37,174 bases of DNA, taken from the NCBI GenBank assembly GCA_002269645.1, contig NIVC01004716.1, positions 1 through 37,174 on the forward strand, in the 5' to 3' direction. The notes below the pieces were generated by a model, which was not told where the DNA came from, searched no databases, and was given only the letters and a program-made list of their open reading frames with translations. The DNA comes from Macrostomum lignano. Lineage: Eukaryota. A program made the translations under genes and the position numbers. Of this stretch, positions 24,001 to 33,694 are shown piece after piece (within the stretch, counting starts at the first letter, position 1; every line of letters starts with the position of its first letter).

Positions 24001-24751
24001 CGCAGCCGCCGCGCCATTCTTGCGTTCAGCTGTCCGCCTTTACGCTTGCCTCTCCGGTCGAGACGGGGCCGCCAGTCCCGAGTCTGGAATCACCGACGAG
24101 GAGGCGGAATTTCGCCGTCTTGCCGAGCTGCTCCGCCTGCCCGCCGATCCCTGCCATCTGTTCGCCGCCTCGCCCGCCGCCGCCGACCTCGCCAGCCACT
24201 GGTGCCTTGACCCCCGGCTGGAGGGCCGCCGCAAGCGCCCAGCTGGAATTCCAAGCCGCTCGCTGGCGCCGCTGCCCGACGACTACGCGGAGCTGCTGCG
24301 GCTGCTCGACTCGCCGCTGAGTCGCCGCTGCTGCCCGGACGCCGATTCCAGCGCCGGCCGGGCGGCCTCAGCCATTTCCGGACCGGCCCGTCCGGCCCTC
24401 TGCCTAATCTGCGGCCGCCTGGTTTGCGCCGCCTGCTGCCGGGTCCGCCTGCCCGACGGTCGGCCTGTCGGCGCCGCGGGCGCCCACGCCAGGCTGTGCA
24501 GCGGCGCCGGCGCAGGCGTCTTCCTCCGGCTGGCTGGCGCCGACCTGCTGCTCGTGGCGCCGACTTTTGGAGCTGCCTGCATTGCCGCCGCGCCCTATGC
24601 GGACAAATTCAGCGGCGGCGAGGCGGCCGGGCCCGGACAGCCGATGCGACTGGACGGAGCGGCCCTGCGGCGGCTTCGGGCGGACTGGCTGGGCCACCGG
24701 CTGCTGGCCGAGGCCATTCGGCGGCGGTGCGCGGACCTGGACGAGCCGTGA
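14776..24751 (+). CDS. UBR1: UBR1/UBR2-type N-recognin E3 ubiquitin ligase; join(14776..15053,15176..15257,15867..~16440,16741..17024,17505..18341,18628..20034,20633/20692..20911,~21537..22198,23921..24751); about 1720-1745 aa
   Basis: UBR box CG..FYCIDC..CALCSAC..HRQH..CDCGD..CSEH. Conserved segments ADRLWRGARR, GLWRRSG, LDIRALQ. RING-H2 CIVC..CGHAFHLAC..CPLC with all 8 ligands. C-terminal PALCLICG..AH..C..G.GVFL..APYAD..LR..WL.H. Total length is close to human UBR1 (~1750 aa). UBR1 vs UBR2 orthology is not resolvable; the exon 3/4 and exon 7/8 junctions are uncertain. Confidence 0.92.
15176..15257 (+). CDS. UBR1: UBR exon 2 (UBR box core)
   Basis: ttgctccag|A acceptor; (I)DCSPDSADCALCSACFLRSEHRQHRYR; donor CGG|gtgagt. 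Confidence 0.92.
15867..16440 (+). CDS. UBR1: UBR exon 3 (end of UBR box, ClpS-like region)
   Basis: cttgacag|TGG acceptor, phase 0; WDLAGICGDLCDCGDPDAL..CSEH; EGRSVA matches the ClpS-like KEGRRAV position. The 3' boundary lacks a phase-compatible GT (see findings). Confidence 0.85.
16441..16560. repeat. 39-bp repeat, 3 copies, directly at the 3' end of UBR exon 3
   Basis: AGTGGCTTCCGTGATTGCTTGTGCGGGCTCGCTATGCTC at 16441, 16480 and 16519. Confidence 0.92.
16741..17024 (+). CDS. UBR1: UBR exon 4
   Basis: cccctcag|CT acceptor; DLHTVLC..LLAADRLWRGARRSV..RQRLAEICLRNYAVL; donor CTG|gtgagt. Confidence 0.88.
17095..17476. repeat. (TCAC)n tetranucleotide microsatellite, UBR intron 4
   Basis: Seen directly. 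Confidence 0.97.
17505..18341 (+). CDS. UBR1: UBR exon 5
   Basis: ttgtcag|ACT acceptor; TRHLLAKH..GLWRRSGNAL..YAQ; donor CAG|gtgaga. Confidence 0.9.
18391..18547. repeat. 31-bp minisatellite (TCCTCAGTTGCTAGGCAGTCACCCACCCAGA), ~5 copies, UBR intron 5
   Basis: Tandem copies. Confidence 0.9.
18628..20034 (+). CDS. UBR1: UBR exon 6 (winged-helix region, basic patch, first part of RING-H2)
   Basis: gccgcag|GAG acceptor (18643 is an alternative); LDIRALQ..RQAALARMAAQQRRF..CIVC..SCGHAFHLACCPQ; donor CAG|gtgagc. Confidence 0.9.
20172..20627. repeat. 31-bp minisatellite (ATGGCTGTGGGATACCAGAATCCCATCCCAT), ~15 copies, UBR intron 6
   Basis: Tandem copies; each contains TGGGAT-n6-ATCCCA. Confidence 0.96.
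20633..20911 (+). CDS. UBR1: UBR exon 7 (RING C-terminal CPLC); start at 20633 (needs a -1 frameshift near 20667) or at 20692 (in frame)
   Basis: FHCPLCRQPCNAILPLLP matches recalled UBR1 YLCPLCKSLCNTVIPIIP; donor G|gtgggt at 20911/20912. Confidence 0.8.
20970..21453. repeat. 14-bp minisatellite (GGTTCCCCGTTCTG), ~34 copies, UBR intron 7
   Basis: Tandem copies. Confidence 0.96.
21537..22198 (+). CDS. UBR1: UBR exon 8 (5' boundary uncertain, 21488-21537)
   Basis: Matches ORF 21467..22204. The only nearby phase-1 acceptor is cctgtacacag|TG at 21536/21537. LPLALAYSLHALE..LFYTARLVQVFL; donor CAG|gtgtga. Confidence 0.75.
22227..23909. repeat. 40-bp minisatellite (CCATGATAGGCTAGATTAGCAATCCATTCTATTCCTGCAC), ~42 copies, filling UBR intron 8
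   Basis: Highly homogeneous array from ~30 nt after the donor to ~12 nt before the acceptor. Confidence 0.98.
23921..24751 (+). CDS. UBR1: UBR exon 9 (conserved Cys/His-rich C-terminal domain, stop)
   Basis: ccctttcag|CTG acceptor, phase 0; FLRSAVRLYACLSG..LAPLPDDYAELL..PALCLICG..APYADKF; TGA 24749-24751. Confidence 0.92.
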   Translation: MVTSYRFAAGLWSSPAASGAQLAADVRAAAAPFLRSAVRLYACLSGRDGAASPESGITDEEAEFRRLAELLRLPADPCHLFAASPAAADLASHWCLDPRLEGRRKRPAGIPSRSLAPLPDDYAELLRLLDSPLSRRCCPDADSSAGRAASAISGPARPALCLICGRLVCAACCRVRLPDGRPVGAAGAHARLCSGAGAGVFLRLAGADLLLVAPTFGAACIAAAPYADKFSGGEAAGPGQPMRLDGAALRRLRADWLGHRLLAEAIRRRCADLDEP

Positions 24752-25118
24752 CGGACTGGGCATTTTTCCTGGCCTGTGCACAGCCCCCCTAACTGTCTTT
24801 CCCTGTCATGATCTCCATCAATGTCTAGTCAGATTCTACAGCCTTTTCGCACTCTTCAACCCCGCCCTGTGTCTGCATGCCTGGCGCCTGTAGTATTTAG
24901 CTGTTTGTGTGTCCTTTTTTACTAAGAACCCAGCCTGTCGCTCAGTTTATCCTTTTTTAACCTTGGCCACTTTTAATTCAGCCATTCAGTATTAATCATA
25001 TCTATATATTTTTTTTTTTAATAATCAGGGGCCGCATGTTTTTGTATGTGTTTTTAATGTCTTGGTACTAATATTGCATAGTTTTCCCCTTTTATGGTAG
25101 CTACGACTAATATTTAAG

Positions 25119-25124
25119 AATAAA
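25119..25124 (+). terminator. Candidate polyadenylation signal (AATAAA) of the UBR gene
   Basis: AATAAA ~370 nt after the UBR stop, followed by a T-rich stretch. Confidence 0.45.
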
Positions 25125-25267
25125 AAATACAGTTTTTTACAAATATTTTCAAATTATTTCACAGCCATTTTTTCGAAATTTTACGAATTTGACTACTGAT
25201 TACGTAACAACGTAAGTAGTGTATTATTTTGATGCAGTACAGCGTTCCCCATTCCAGCTTCATCACG

Positions 25268-25568
25268 ATGGGCAACTCCCAGGCTTCATCGCATCGCCTA
25301 GACGAGTCCGTGGTTGCCAACTCGGCCGCTGCTGCCGGAACCGCCTCTCCTGTCGCCGGCTGCGTGCTGTCCGAGGATCCGCGCTCGCCCACCGAGGGCA
25401 TCCGGCGAACGCCCATCGCCATCGACAGCGACGATCACAACGGAGGCAAGGAGCGAGCTGGCGGGATTCGAGTCCAGGACGGCAAGCGGCTGTGCAGTAC
25501 GCCGAGGCGGGGCGCCGCCAGGCCGCCAGTGCAAGGATCGTACCAGCGGTTCGCGCTGAATGACAGCA
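25268..25568 (+). CDS. First coding exon of an unidentified protein with a probable N-myristoylation motif (MGNSQAS)
   Basis: GC-rich coding-like block; ATG 10 nt after a strong acceptor (ccccattccag, 25257); MGxxxS consensus; strong phase-1 donor A|gtgagt at 25568/25569 followed by a minisatellite. Confidence 0.65.
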
Positions 25569-25615
25569 GTGAGTTTCTGGCTGCGCTCACTGCTGGGCCC
25601 AGCTGTTCTATGTAT

Positions 25616-26449
25616 TCCCCCATCCTCAGATTGTGGTCTGTCAGCTTCCCTCATCCTCAGATTGTGGTCTGCCAGCTTCCCTCATCCTGAGATTGTGATC
25701 TGCCAGCTTCCCTCATCCGGAGATTGTGATCTGCCAGCTTCCCTCATCTTCAGATTGTGATCTGCCAGCTTCCCTCATCCTCAGATTGTGGTCTGTCAGC
25801 TTCCCTCATCCTCAGATTGTGGTCTGCCAGCTTCCCTCATCCTGAGATTGTGATCTGCCAGCTTCCCTCATCCTCAGATTGTGATCTGCCAGCTTCCCTC
25901 ATCCGGAGATTGTGATCTGCCAGCTTCCCTCATCCTGAGATTGTGATCTGCCAGCTTCCCTCATCCGGAGATTGTGATCTGCCAGCTTCCCTCATCCGGA
26001 GATTGTGATCTGCCAGCTTCCCTCATCCTGAGATTGTGATCTGCCAGCTTCCCTCATCCTGAGATTGTGATCTGCCAGCTTCCCTCATCCTGAGATTGTG
26101 ATCTGCCAGCTTCCCTCATCCTAAGATTGTGATCTGCCAGCTTCCCTCATCCTAAGATTGTGATCTGCCAGCTTCCCTCATCCTGAGATTGTGATCTGCG
26201 AGCTTCCCTCATCTTGAGATTGTGATCTGCCAGCTTCCCTCATCCGGAGATTGTGATCTGCCAGCTTCCCTCATCCTCAGATTGTGATCTGCCAGCTTCC
26301 CTCATCCTGAGATTGTGATCTGCCAGCTTCCCTCATCTCCAGATTGTGATCTGCCAGCTTCCCTCATCCTGATTGTGATCTGTGATCTGCCAGCTTCCCT
26401 CATCTCTGCAGATTGATTGTGATCTGCCAGCTTCTCTCATCATCAGATT
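25616..26449. repeat. 31-bp minisatellite (TCATCCTGAGATTGTGATCTGCCAGCTTCCC), ~27 copies
   Basis: Tandem copies starting ~45 nt after the donor at 25569. Confidence 0.96.
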
Positions 26450-26764
26450 CTCATTAAAGACAATTTTAAGCAAGGTAATGAATTTTAAGAACATGATTAT
26501 ATGCATAGCAATCTTAATAGCCATGAATATAAGTACAAGTGCTGCAGTCAGGAGTGCATTATCTTTTTAATTGTCTATGGACGCTGCCTGCACACTGCAT
26601 GGGGTGGGGCTGGCTGAGTCACGGCTTGCACTGCTGAGCCAACAGTTTTTCATCAGTTTTGACTTGCTTTGACGAACTCTCTCTACGCTCCACCCCGCCG
26701 CAGCACTGGCACCCACCCCTCTTATCAGTTAAATAAAGTGTACACATCTTGTTAACTATCTTGG

Positions 26765-26776
26765 AGTCACGTGACT
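26765..26776. promoter_or_regulatory. Perfect 12-bp palindrome AGTCACGTGACT containing the GTCACGTGAC extended E-box (CLEAR/USF/MiT-TFE type)
   Basis: Seen directly ~170 bp upstream of ATG 26945; a TGAGTCA AP-1-like site lies near 26615. Function is inferred. Confidence 0.35.
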
Positions 26777-26944
26777 GACTAGCTGAGCGCCACCCCCCAT
26801 TTTGTTCACCCGCCTCTGCCCAAACCCAATAAATAAAATAATTGACACGGAGAACGGCGGAGATAACAAACACCGGTTTGTTGAGTGCAGCGACAAGGTC
26901 TATTCAGTGGCAACAAGCAAACAATTGGAAAGAGTGAGCAAAAA

Positions 26945-27942
26945 ATGTCTCAGCACGAGAGCAGCTACGGTGACGATGAATTGGCCGAGATTGAGCAGCC
27001 CCGGCTGGAGGACAGCCGGACCTCCGTGATGCAGCTGCCGCCCTACGATCTGCTGCTGATGCTGCCGAACTGCCGGGCCCTGGCCGACAGGACAGCCGTG
27101 CTCAGCAGCACCTTGATGCAGGAGTCTGGCCCGGAGTCCGACTGGCCTACAGCGTCCAGCATCGGCCTGGCCAATTCGCGCGACTCCGGCCGGCTGAGCG
27201 ACAAGCTCAACAATGCCAAGCTCAGCCTGGGCGTCACCGGCAGCTCCTCATCCTCGTTGGCCTCCGCTGCTGCCGTTGTCGACACTCCGGCCGCTGTCGT
27301 CGCTGCCACCGCTGACGACGCCTCCGACGCGTTGATCCCTTCGATAAGCGACGAGCAGTGCGAGGGACGGCCGGACTTGTCCGAGAATCTTTCGCCCGCC
27401 TCCTCGCCGCGGCTACGCATTCCGGCCAGCGAGGAGGAATTGCCGCCGCCGGCCGCTGCCGCCGACTTGGACTTCTCTGGGGCCAGCGCGCGGCAGCAGC
27501 CGGCCGACCCCGTCCAGCAGCCGCGGCAGCCGGCCCAGCGCATGCTCGGCCTGCTTCAAGTCTGCTGTCTGACGCTGGACGTCCTGTCCGAAGGCGGCCT
27601 GCTCTGCGACGATGCCCGGCGCTGGCTGACGCCGGAACTGCTTTGCGACAAGCTTTGCGACCGGCTGGCCCGGCCGGCCAGGCCGTCCGCCCCACACCCA
27701 GCCTCGGACACCGCCTCGTCCACGCCTCGGCCGCCTCAGAGTCGTCTTCGGAGTCATCAGCTGTCGATGCTGCCGAGACGGCGGCAGGCGCGGACTCGCC
27801 GAATAACCGAGTCCGGCGCTGGCTGAAGGCTGCGGCCGCCTCGCCGCCGCCCGTGCGCCACACGCCCGGCCGAACTATTCGATCTGATTTGCGCAAGTCT
27901 CGAGCTATTCGAACTGTTAATCATTGGTTTTGCTCTCCCTAG
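26945..27942 (+). CDS. Unidentified Ser/Ala/Pro-rich protein (~330 aa if a -1 frameshift near 27722 is repaired)
   Basis: ATG in an AAAAATG context and exon-like GC-rich composition. The frame of ORF 26885..27826 reads well to ..SDTASS; the frame of ORF 27358..27942 then reads well (ASAASESSSESSAVDAAETAAGADSPNNRVRRWL..). No family recognised. Confidence 0.6.
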
Positions 27943-29257
27943 TGATTCGCGTCTGATTTGCATTGAAAATTCCGTATGAAATTCGATTCCGCCTTCCAGC
28001 ATCGTCGCTTGATTTTTTACACTGCTTTAACCCGGTCAGCATTTTTTTAATTACCGCCTTTTTGCTTTCATTTATATCATATGGCCTATAAGTAGAATTT
28101 GTACTTCTATTCTTACGTTTTAAATTCGCATTCGCAGGTGTCTTAACTGCCAATAAAATACTCTCTCTGATCTGAATGAGCATCGGCAAGTTTTAAAGAA
28201 AATCTAGAAAATATATAATTGTCTCTTTAGTTGCTCACTGCTCTACTGATGCAAGTAGCCCAGGCTGCTATTTCTAATCTATTTTCTTAGTACTGAAATT
28301 TTAACTGGTTCTTCGTACTTCTTTCGAAGAATTAAGGCCAACATAACGGTGACTCAATCCTGAGTACCCCTGAGTACCTTTCTTTTTTTCCGAGCAGTGC
28401 AGCCTCTTAATCGAATGCTCTACAGTAAACCGTTGTTCAATTTCTTCCGCGTGTGTTGCAACAATTCGCACTAAAGCTCCTGAGTGGATGCTCAATCTGC
28501 AGGCCGCTTCTGCTCCACTAAGCTTCTGGCCCACTGCGCTGCCGTCCCAGCCGCCTGTCTGTGCATTTGCAGCCGTGTAGAAACCGCGCACGAAGCATTG
28601 GTTTATCAAGTAATTAGCAGGCGTAATGCACAAACAGCTGATTCAGTGCTTTATTGCGTGTGTTTTAATATTGGTTGCTGGGGCCCCAGCAACAATTTTA
28701 ACCTAATTATTGGCAAGCAAAAGTTTTCTTTCAGCAAATTAATTTTAAAACCTGTGCAAAAATGGTGGGAAAATCATGACGAAAAGCAACAGAAAAGCTG
28801 GTTTTCGAGGCTAAGAAAGTGCGCCAGCACTCGTGCAACTCATTGTAGCCAGGCAGTCTGGTGCCCCATCAGCTTGGAGAGTCTGGCTGGCGCGTGAGAG
28901 CAACAGAATTGAAGCAAACACTTAGACAGCATAGTACAACATTTCAGAGGGGGGGGGTTCTGCAGTTCAAATGCAACTTGAAGTTGCAGGGAAAAATATT
29001 TTACATCAACTAAACTGTCACAGAAAGAGGCAGATGAGAAATAGAAATTTATTCTGCTTAGTGCAGATTGTTGAGAGAAGCTCGGCTATAAGGAATATTT
29101 TGCCTGCAGTTAATCATCTCCGCAATCAATAGAATTCAATTGGTACTTCGGCTACAAATCGAAAATCAAAGAAACTGGGAGATTCGCACAAAATTATCAG
29201 AGTTCAAGAGAATCTTTTCATGCCGCTGGCTTGCTGTGTGCGGACCTGCTGCACCGC

Positions 29258-30784
29258 CTAGACCGTCCACATCAGCGGCCCGCCGGACGGCGGCCTCGGC
29301 AGTGCAGGCAGCGACGTTGTTGACTTGGCCGAGTAGCCAATCAGCCGGATCGGCTCGTCATCTTCCAGCTCGGGCAGGTGGCAGCCGCCGCTGACGCAGA
29401 CAGTCGACACTCCGCCGCTGCTGGCGGCTGACCCTGACACTGACGGCTTGGAGCCGCGCCCGACCAGCCGGCCGGAGCTGCAGCAGTAGGCGGCGGCCAG
29501 GACTCCTCCAAGGAAGGCGCCGGCGGTGAGCAGCGCGGTGCCCAGGATGCCTCGCTTGTCCACGTGCCAGCCGCCGTGGCTGTTGACTTGGGTGACGCCT
29601 GTGACCGAGGCTGGTTGGTCCTTCGTGACAGTGTCGGCTGCCGCTGCGGCCACTGGCTGGAGAGACGACACCACCGGCAGGGGAGGTAATAGTGTTGGTG
29701 GCAACTTCAATCCCGATGTCTTGCCGACCGTGCTGCACTCGGCGAAGCAATTCCCGGCGAGTTGGCGTGCGGCCGAGCTGCACAGCTGTTCAGCCTGCTC
29801 GGCAAAGTCCTCAGTTTCGATTACGTATTCGCAAAACTGGGCAAAGTCCTGCAGCATCTGGCCGAGCGTCCAGTTCGCCAGGCTGATCCCGTTGAGCAGC
29901 AGCCGGCCGTCGGGCCACAGGGCGCATGCTGCCGGCGCCAGCTTGATGACACTCAGCATCGTCTCTTCTCGTGATCGTCGACTCGCAGGCTGTGCAGGCC
30001 GGCCAGCCCCGCCAGCAGCAGCTGCTTCTGCGGCAGCCGGTCGAGTCGGAGTCGGCGAAGGCCGTCGGCTTGGCAGAGGGCGCCGTCCCACGACGCTTGA
30101 AGGTCGGCCAGCTGAAGGTCTGTCAGCGATGGCGCCGCGGCTACGGCATTGAGTGACTTCAGGCGCGGACTGCCGAGGATGCTGAGCTCGGCCAGGTGGG
30201 CCAGGCCGGTCAGGGTGTCCGGCTGCAGGCAGGACAGCAGGCTGTTTCCTTGGAGCCGCAAGCTGACCAGCCTGGGCACCGGTCGAACATATCTTCGACA
30301 AGCAGGTGGCGTTCGACTCGGCGACTTCCAGGTGTCGCAGCTGCGGCAGGCTCGACAGCGCTGATAGGTCGAGTCGGCGCTGCCGCAGGCGCCTCAGCGA
30401 CAGTAGGTGTCCTTCTTTCACCGTCTCGGCCAGGCTGGCGAACGCCTCCCTCGGCAGAATGTTGACGTCGGTGTCGCCAGTCTTGACCAGCGTTGTTTCG
30501 TCCAGCATCCACACTGGCCGCCGCCTATCGTCATCCTGCTGGTCGGTGGTTGGTGGCATCAGCAGCATCGCCTGCCGCCTGAAGGCGAAGCCCCGCTCGA
30601 CGTAGCCGGCGACCGCGTCTGGCCGGCAGTCCAGCAGCACCGGCTGGATGGGGCCTCTGCGGCGGTAGAGCCGGCAGTTCACGCGGATCACAGAGGAGGT
30701 CGGGCGCTGGCTGCTGTCCCTCTGCATTGTCAGGCTGTCAGCTGTTAAAGCTGCCAGCAGCGCTAGCAGCAGCATTTGCGACAT
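29258..30784 (-). CDS. Intronless type I membrane protein: signal peptide, leucine-rich repeats, single TM; frame broken by three apparent -1 deletions
   Basis: N-terminal MLLLALLAALTADS; LRRs LSSLPQLRHLEVAES, VPRLVSLRLQGNSL, LTGLAHLAELSILGS, LTDLQLADL, LRRLRLDRL (most in the offset frame 29953..30279); TM GILGTALLTAGAFLGGVLAAAYCC. Confidence 0.8.
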   Translation of the reverse strand: MSQMLLLALLAALTADSLTMQRDSSQRPTSSVIRVNCRLYRRRGPIQPVLLDCRPDAVAGYVERGFAFRRQAMLLMPPTTDQQDDDRRRPVWMLDETTLVKTGDTDVNILPREAFASLAETVKEGHLLSLRRLRQRRLDLSALSSLPQLRHLEVAESNATCLSKICSTGAQAGQLAAPRKQPAVLPAAGHPDRPGPPGRAQHPRQSAPEVTQCRSRGAIADRPSAGRPSSVVGRRPLPSRRPSPTPTRPAAAEAAAAGGAGRPAQPASRRSREETMLSVIKLAPAACALWPDGRLLLNGISLANWTLGQMLQDFAQFCEYVIETEDFAEQAEQLCSSAARQLAGNCFAECSTVGKTSGLKLPPTLLPPLPVVSSLQPVAAAAADTVTKDQPASVTGVTQVNSHGGWHVDKRGILGTALLTAGAFLGGVLAAAYCCSSGRLVGRGSKPSVSGSAASSGGVSTVCVSGGCHLPELEDDEPIRLIGYSAKSTTSLPALPRPPSGGPLMWTV

Positions 30785-31889
30785 CGTTTGATGCAGCTTG
30801 TGAGGAATTGAGCCGGCATTGAGTCTGCTCGAGCTGCGGGTGCACGGCTGCTTAACTGTGATCTTACACCTAGCTTTCTGATTGAAGATTCTGGATTTTA
30901 AAATCTTATTCCCTGATATAGAAACTCGGCACTAATCTGTGACTTTTCGACTCTGAAATTTCGGTATCTCAGGATTGATCTGACTGGTATTGCGAAGGCT
31001 ATCAGAGAAGTCTTTTAAGCTTCCCCCAAGATTAAGCGATTACAACTGCCGAGACGATATCTTGAGTTCATCTTGCATTCACATTAAGTTCGTCATTGAA
31101 AATTGCACCGGTTCCTTATTTAGCCATGTATAATGCTGCCTATATTAGGCCGCGGTCAGTTCTTAATGTCGGGCGTTAATCGAGCGAGCTCCGGAAGGGG
31201 GGGGGGTTCCAAGTCAAACTGCGCAGATCAGTTCCTTTTTTGGCGGGGTTTCTGTGCCGCGCTTATCAATTTGGGTTTCCATGGCTACTTGAACAAGTCA
31301 ATCGCTACAGTTTGACTTTATTTTTGCAAAGAAAGCTGTTTATCAAATTATGAAAAAAGATTGCATGGAAACAAGCTTTATGCTATACTGTTATTCAGTT
31401 TTGCTACTAAAATTGGCTAAAAGCATCAGCTGGTGCTGCAGTATCTTAATTTCAAAGTACCCAAGTATTTTGTGTCTGTTTATGCAGAACTCAGCCCTTC
31501 TGTGAAACTGAAATCTTCCAACTTTCCGACCGTTAAAATGTCAATAATTTTTTATTTATGACTTGAGGAAAATCCTGACTATGTACGCCATCAAATTAGT
31601 TCTGAGATATTTATCATTTGGTTTATAATACGCTAATAACATCATCAGTTTACTGCGCCTGCTGGTTTCTGTGAAATCTGATATTATCTTAACTAACTAC
31701 TGCTTTGCTCCTTTTTACCCCCCCCCCCTGTCCTGTCAAGCTGCGATTTACGAGGACTACTGTATTAAGGCTGGGCGAGCCCTGGCTATTGGTTACTAAT
31801 TCTGAAATAACACACGTACGCAAAGGTGACAGTTTATGATAGTTTATTTATTATTTATATATTTTTACCAGTATTTATACAATCTAAGC

Positions 31890-33213
31890 TCTCCCTAAGT
31901 CTCCTGTCTCCCGTCTTTCCTTCATCTCCCCTCTTGTCTCTTCTGTCTCCCCTGTCTCCCCTCTCTCTCTTCCCTCTCTCCCTCTCTCCTCCCTCCCCTC
32001 TCTCCCCTCCCTGTCCTGCCCTCTCTCCCCTCCCTGTCTGCCCTGTCTGCCCTCCCTGTCTGCCCTCTCTCCCCTCCCTGTCTGCCCTGTCTGCCCTCCC
32101 TGTCTGCCCCGTCTCCCCTCCCTGTCTGCCCTGTCTCCCCTTCCTGTCTGCCCCTTCTCCCCTCCCTGTCTGCCCCGTCTCCCCTCACTGTCTGCCCTGT
32201 CTCCCCTTCCTGTCTGCCCCGTCTCCCCTCCCTGTCTGCCCCGTCTCCCCTCCCTGTCTGCCCCGTCTCCCCTCCCTGTCTGCCCCGTCTCCCCTCCCTG
32301 TCTGCCCCGTCTTCCCTCCCTGTCTGCCCTGTCTCCCCTCCCTGTCTGCCCCGTCTCCCCTCCCTGTCTGCCCCGTCTCCCCTCCCTGTCTGCCCCGTCT
32401 CCCCTCCCTGTCTGCCCCGTCTCCCCTCACTGTCTGCCCTGTCTCCCCTCCCTGTCTGCCCTGTCTCCCCTCACTGTCTGCCTTGTCTCCCCTCACTGTC
32501 TGCCCTGTCTCCCCTCACTGTCTGCCCTGTCTCCCCTCACTGTCTGCCCTGTCTCCCCTTCCTGTCTGCCCCGTCTCCCCTCCCTGTCTGCCCCGTCTCC
32601 CCTCCCTGTCTGCCCCGTCTTCCCTCCCTGTCTGCCCCGTCTCCCCTCCCTGTCTGCCCCGTCTCCCCTCACTGTCTGCCCTGTCTCCCCTCCCTGTCTG
32701 CCCTGTCTCCCCTCACTGTCTGCCTTGTCTCCCCTCACTGTCTGCCCTGTCTCCCCTCACTGTCTGCCCTGTCTCCCCTCACTGTCTTCCCTCTCTCCCT
32801 CTCTCCTCCCTCCCCTCTCTCCCCTCCCTGTCTGCCCTCTCTCCCCTCCCTGTCTGCCCTGTCTCCCCTCCCTGTCTGCCCCGTCTCCCCTCACTGTCTG
32901 CCCTGTCTCCCCCTCCTGTCTGCCCCGTCTCCCCTCACTGTCTTCCCTCTCTCCCTCTCTCCTCCCTCCCCTCTCTCCCCTCTCTGTCTGCTCTGTCTCC
33001 CCTCACTGTCTGCCTTGTCTCCCCTCACTGTCTGCCCTGTCTCCCCTCACTGTCTGCCCCGTCTCCCCTCACTGTCTGCCTTGTCTCCCCTCACTGTCTG
33101 CCCTGTCTCCCCTCACTGTCTGCCCCGTCTCCCCTCACTGTCTGCCCTGTCTCCCCTCACTGTCTGCCCCGTCTCCCCTCACTGTCTGCCCTCTCTCCCC
33201 CCTCTGTCTCCCA
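31890..33213. repeat. C/T-rich ~22-bp minisatellite (CCCCTCCCTGTCTGCCCCGTCT) with degenerate flanks
   Basis: Tandem copies with extreme pyrimidine skew. Confidence 0.95.
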
Positions 33214-33694
33214 TGTGTACTCCCTTGATAGCTTAGCTTTAAAAAATTGCTTTTAGCTTACCTTCTTTTGATCGGTCTTCAGAGCCGCTAAATATCAGTA
33301 ATATATGAATTTTTATGTCTAGCGTTGCACTTAGGCAGACAGACAGACAGTCTTCTATATGCCCTCCAAGTGTTTAATATGTATATTTAGACTAAGGCAG
33401 AATAGGCGGCTCCCCGTCTTCAGTCTGCAGCACGGCCTCTTGGCCAATCAGCGGCCAGCCACCTCTTCTGCCTGGCCTACCTTGCCTTCCCCTCCATTAA
33501 ACTTTCCCATGTTATATTAATAATTTGGTTGTTTGGCTGTTATTGAAAACTTAAAACAGATGAAGACGGTCAAATATTTGCCCTCTAAGGCTTCGAATGG
33601 CATGATTAATTCCAACATGGAAGTGATGTCTTGTGAAGCATAGAAATCAATCAGTCATGCTGTCTGACTGGTTGCACTTATTAACCCTAACCCA

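Noticed and set aside
15707-24792. Many overlapping antisense and alternative-frame ORFs across the UBR exons (also across the GPCR, the 27-kb ORF and the LRR gene)
   Set aside because: Expected shadow ORFs of very GC-rich coding sequence; no recognisable motifs.
28301-28897. ORFs of 110 and 137 aa between the 27-kb ORF and the LRR gene; also 675..1013 (-)
   Set aside because: No recognisable domain, no convincing splice signals, and composition unlike the verified exons.
14776-30784. Calling UBR, the 27-kb ORF and the LRR gene pseudogenes because of frame breaks
   Set aside because: Most breaks are repaired by lengthening a short homopolymer by one base and key residues are conserved, which fits long-read consensus error; not decidable without reads.
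31826-33256. 476-aa Pro/Ser/Leu/Cys ORF
   Set aside because: Translation of a pyrimidine minisatellite that cannot form stop codons easily.
33682-33694. TTAACCCTAACCC: telomere-like or piggyBac-like start
   Set aside because: Only two telomeric units and no matching GGGTTAA end.
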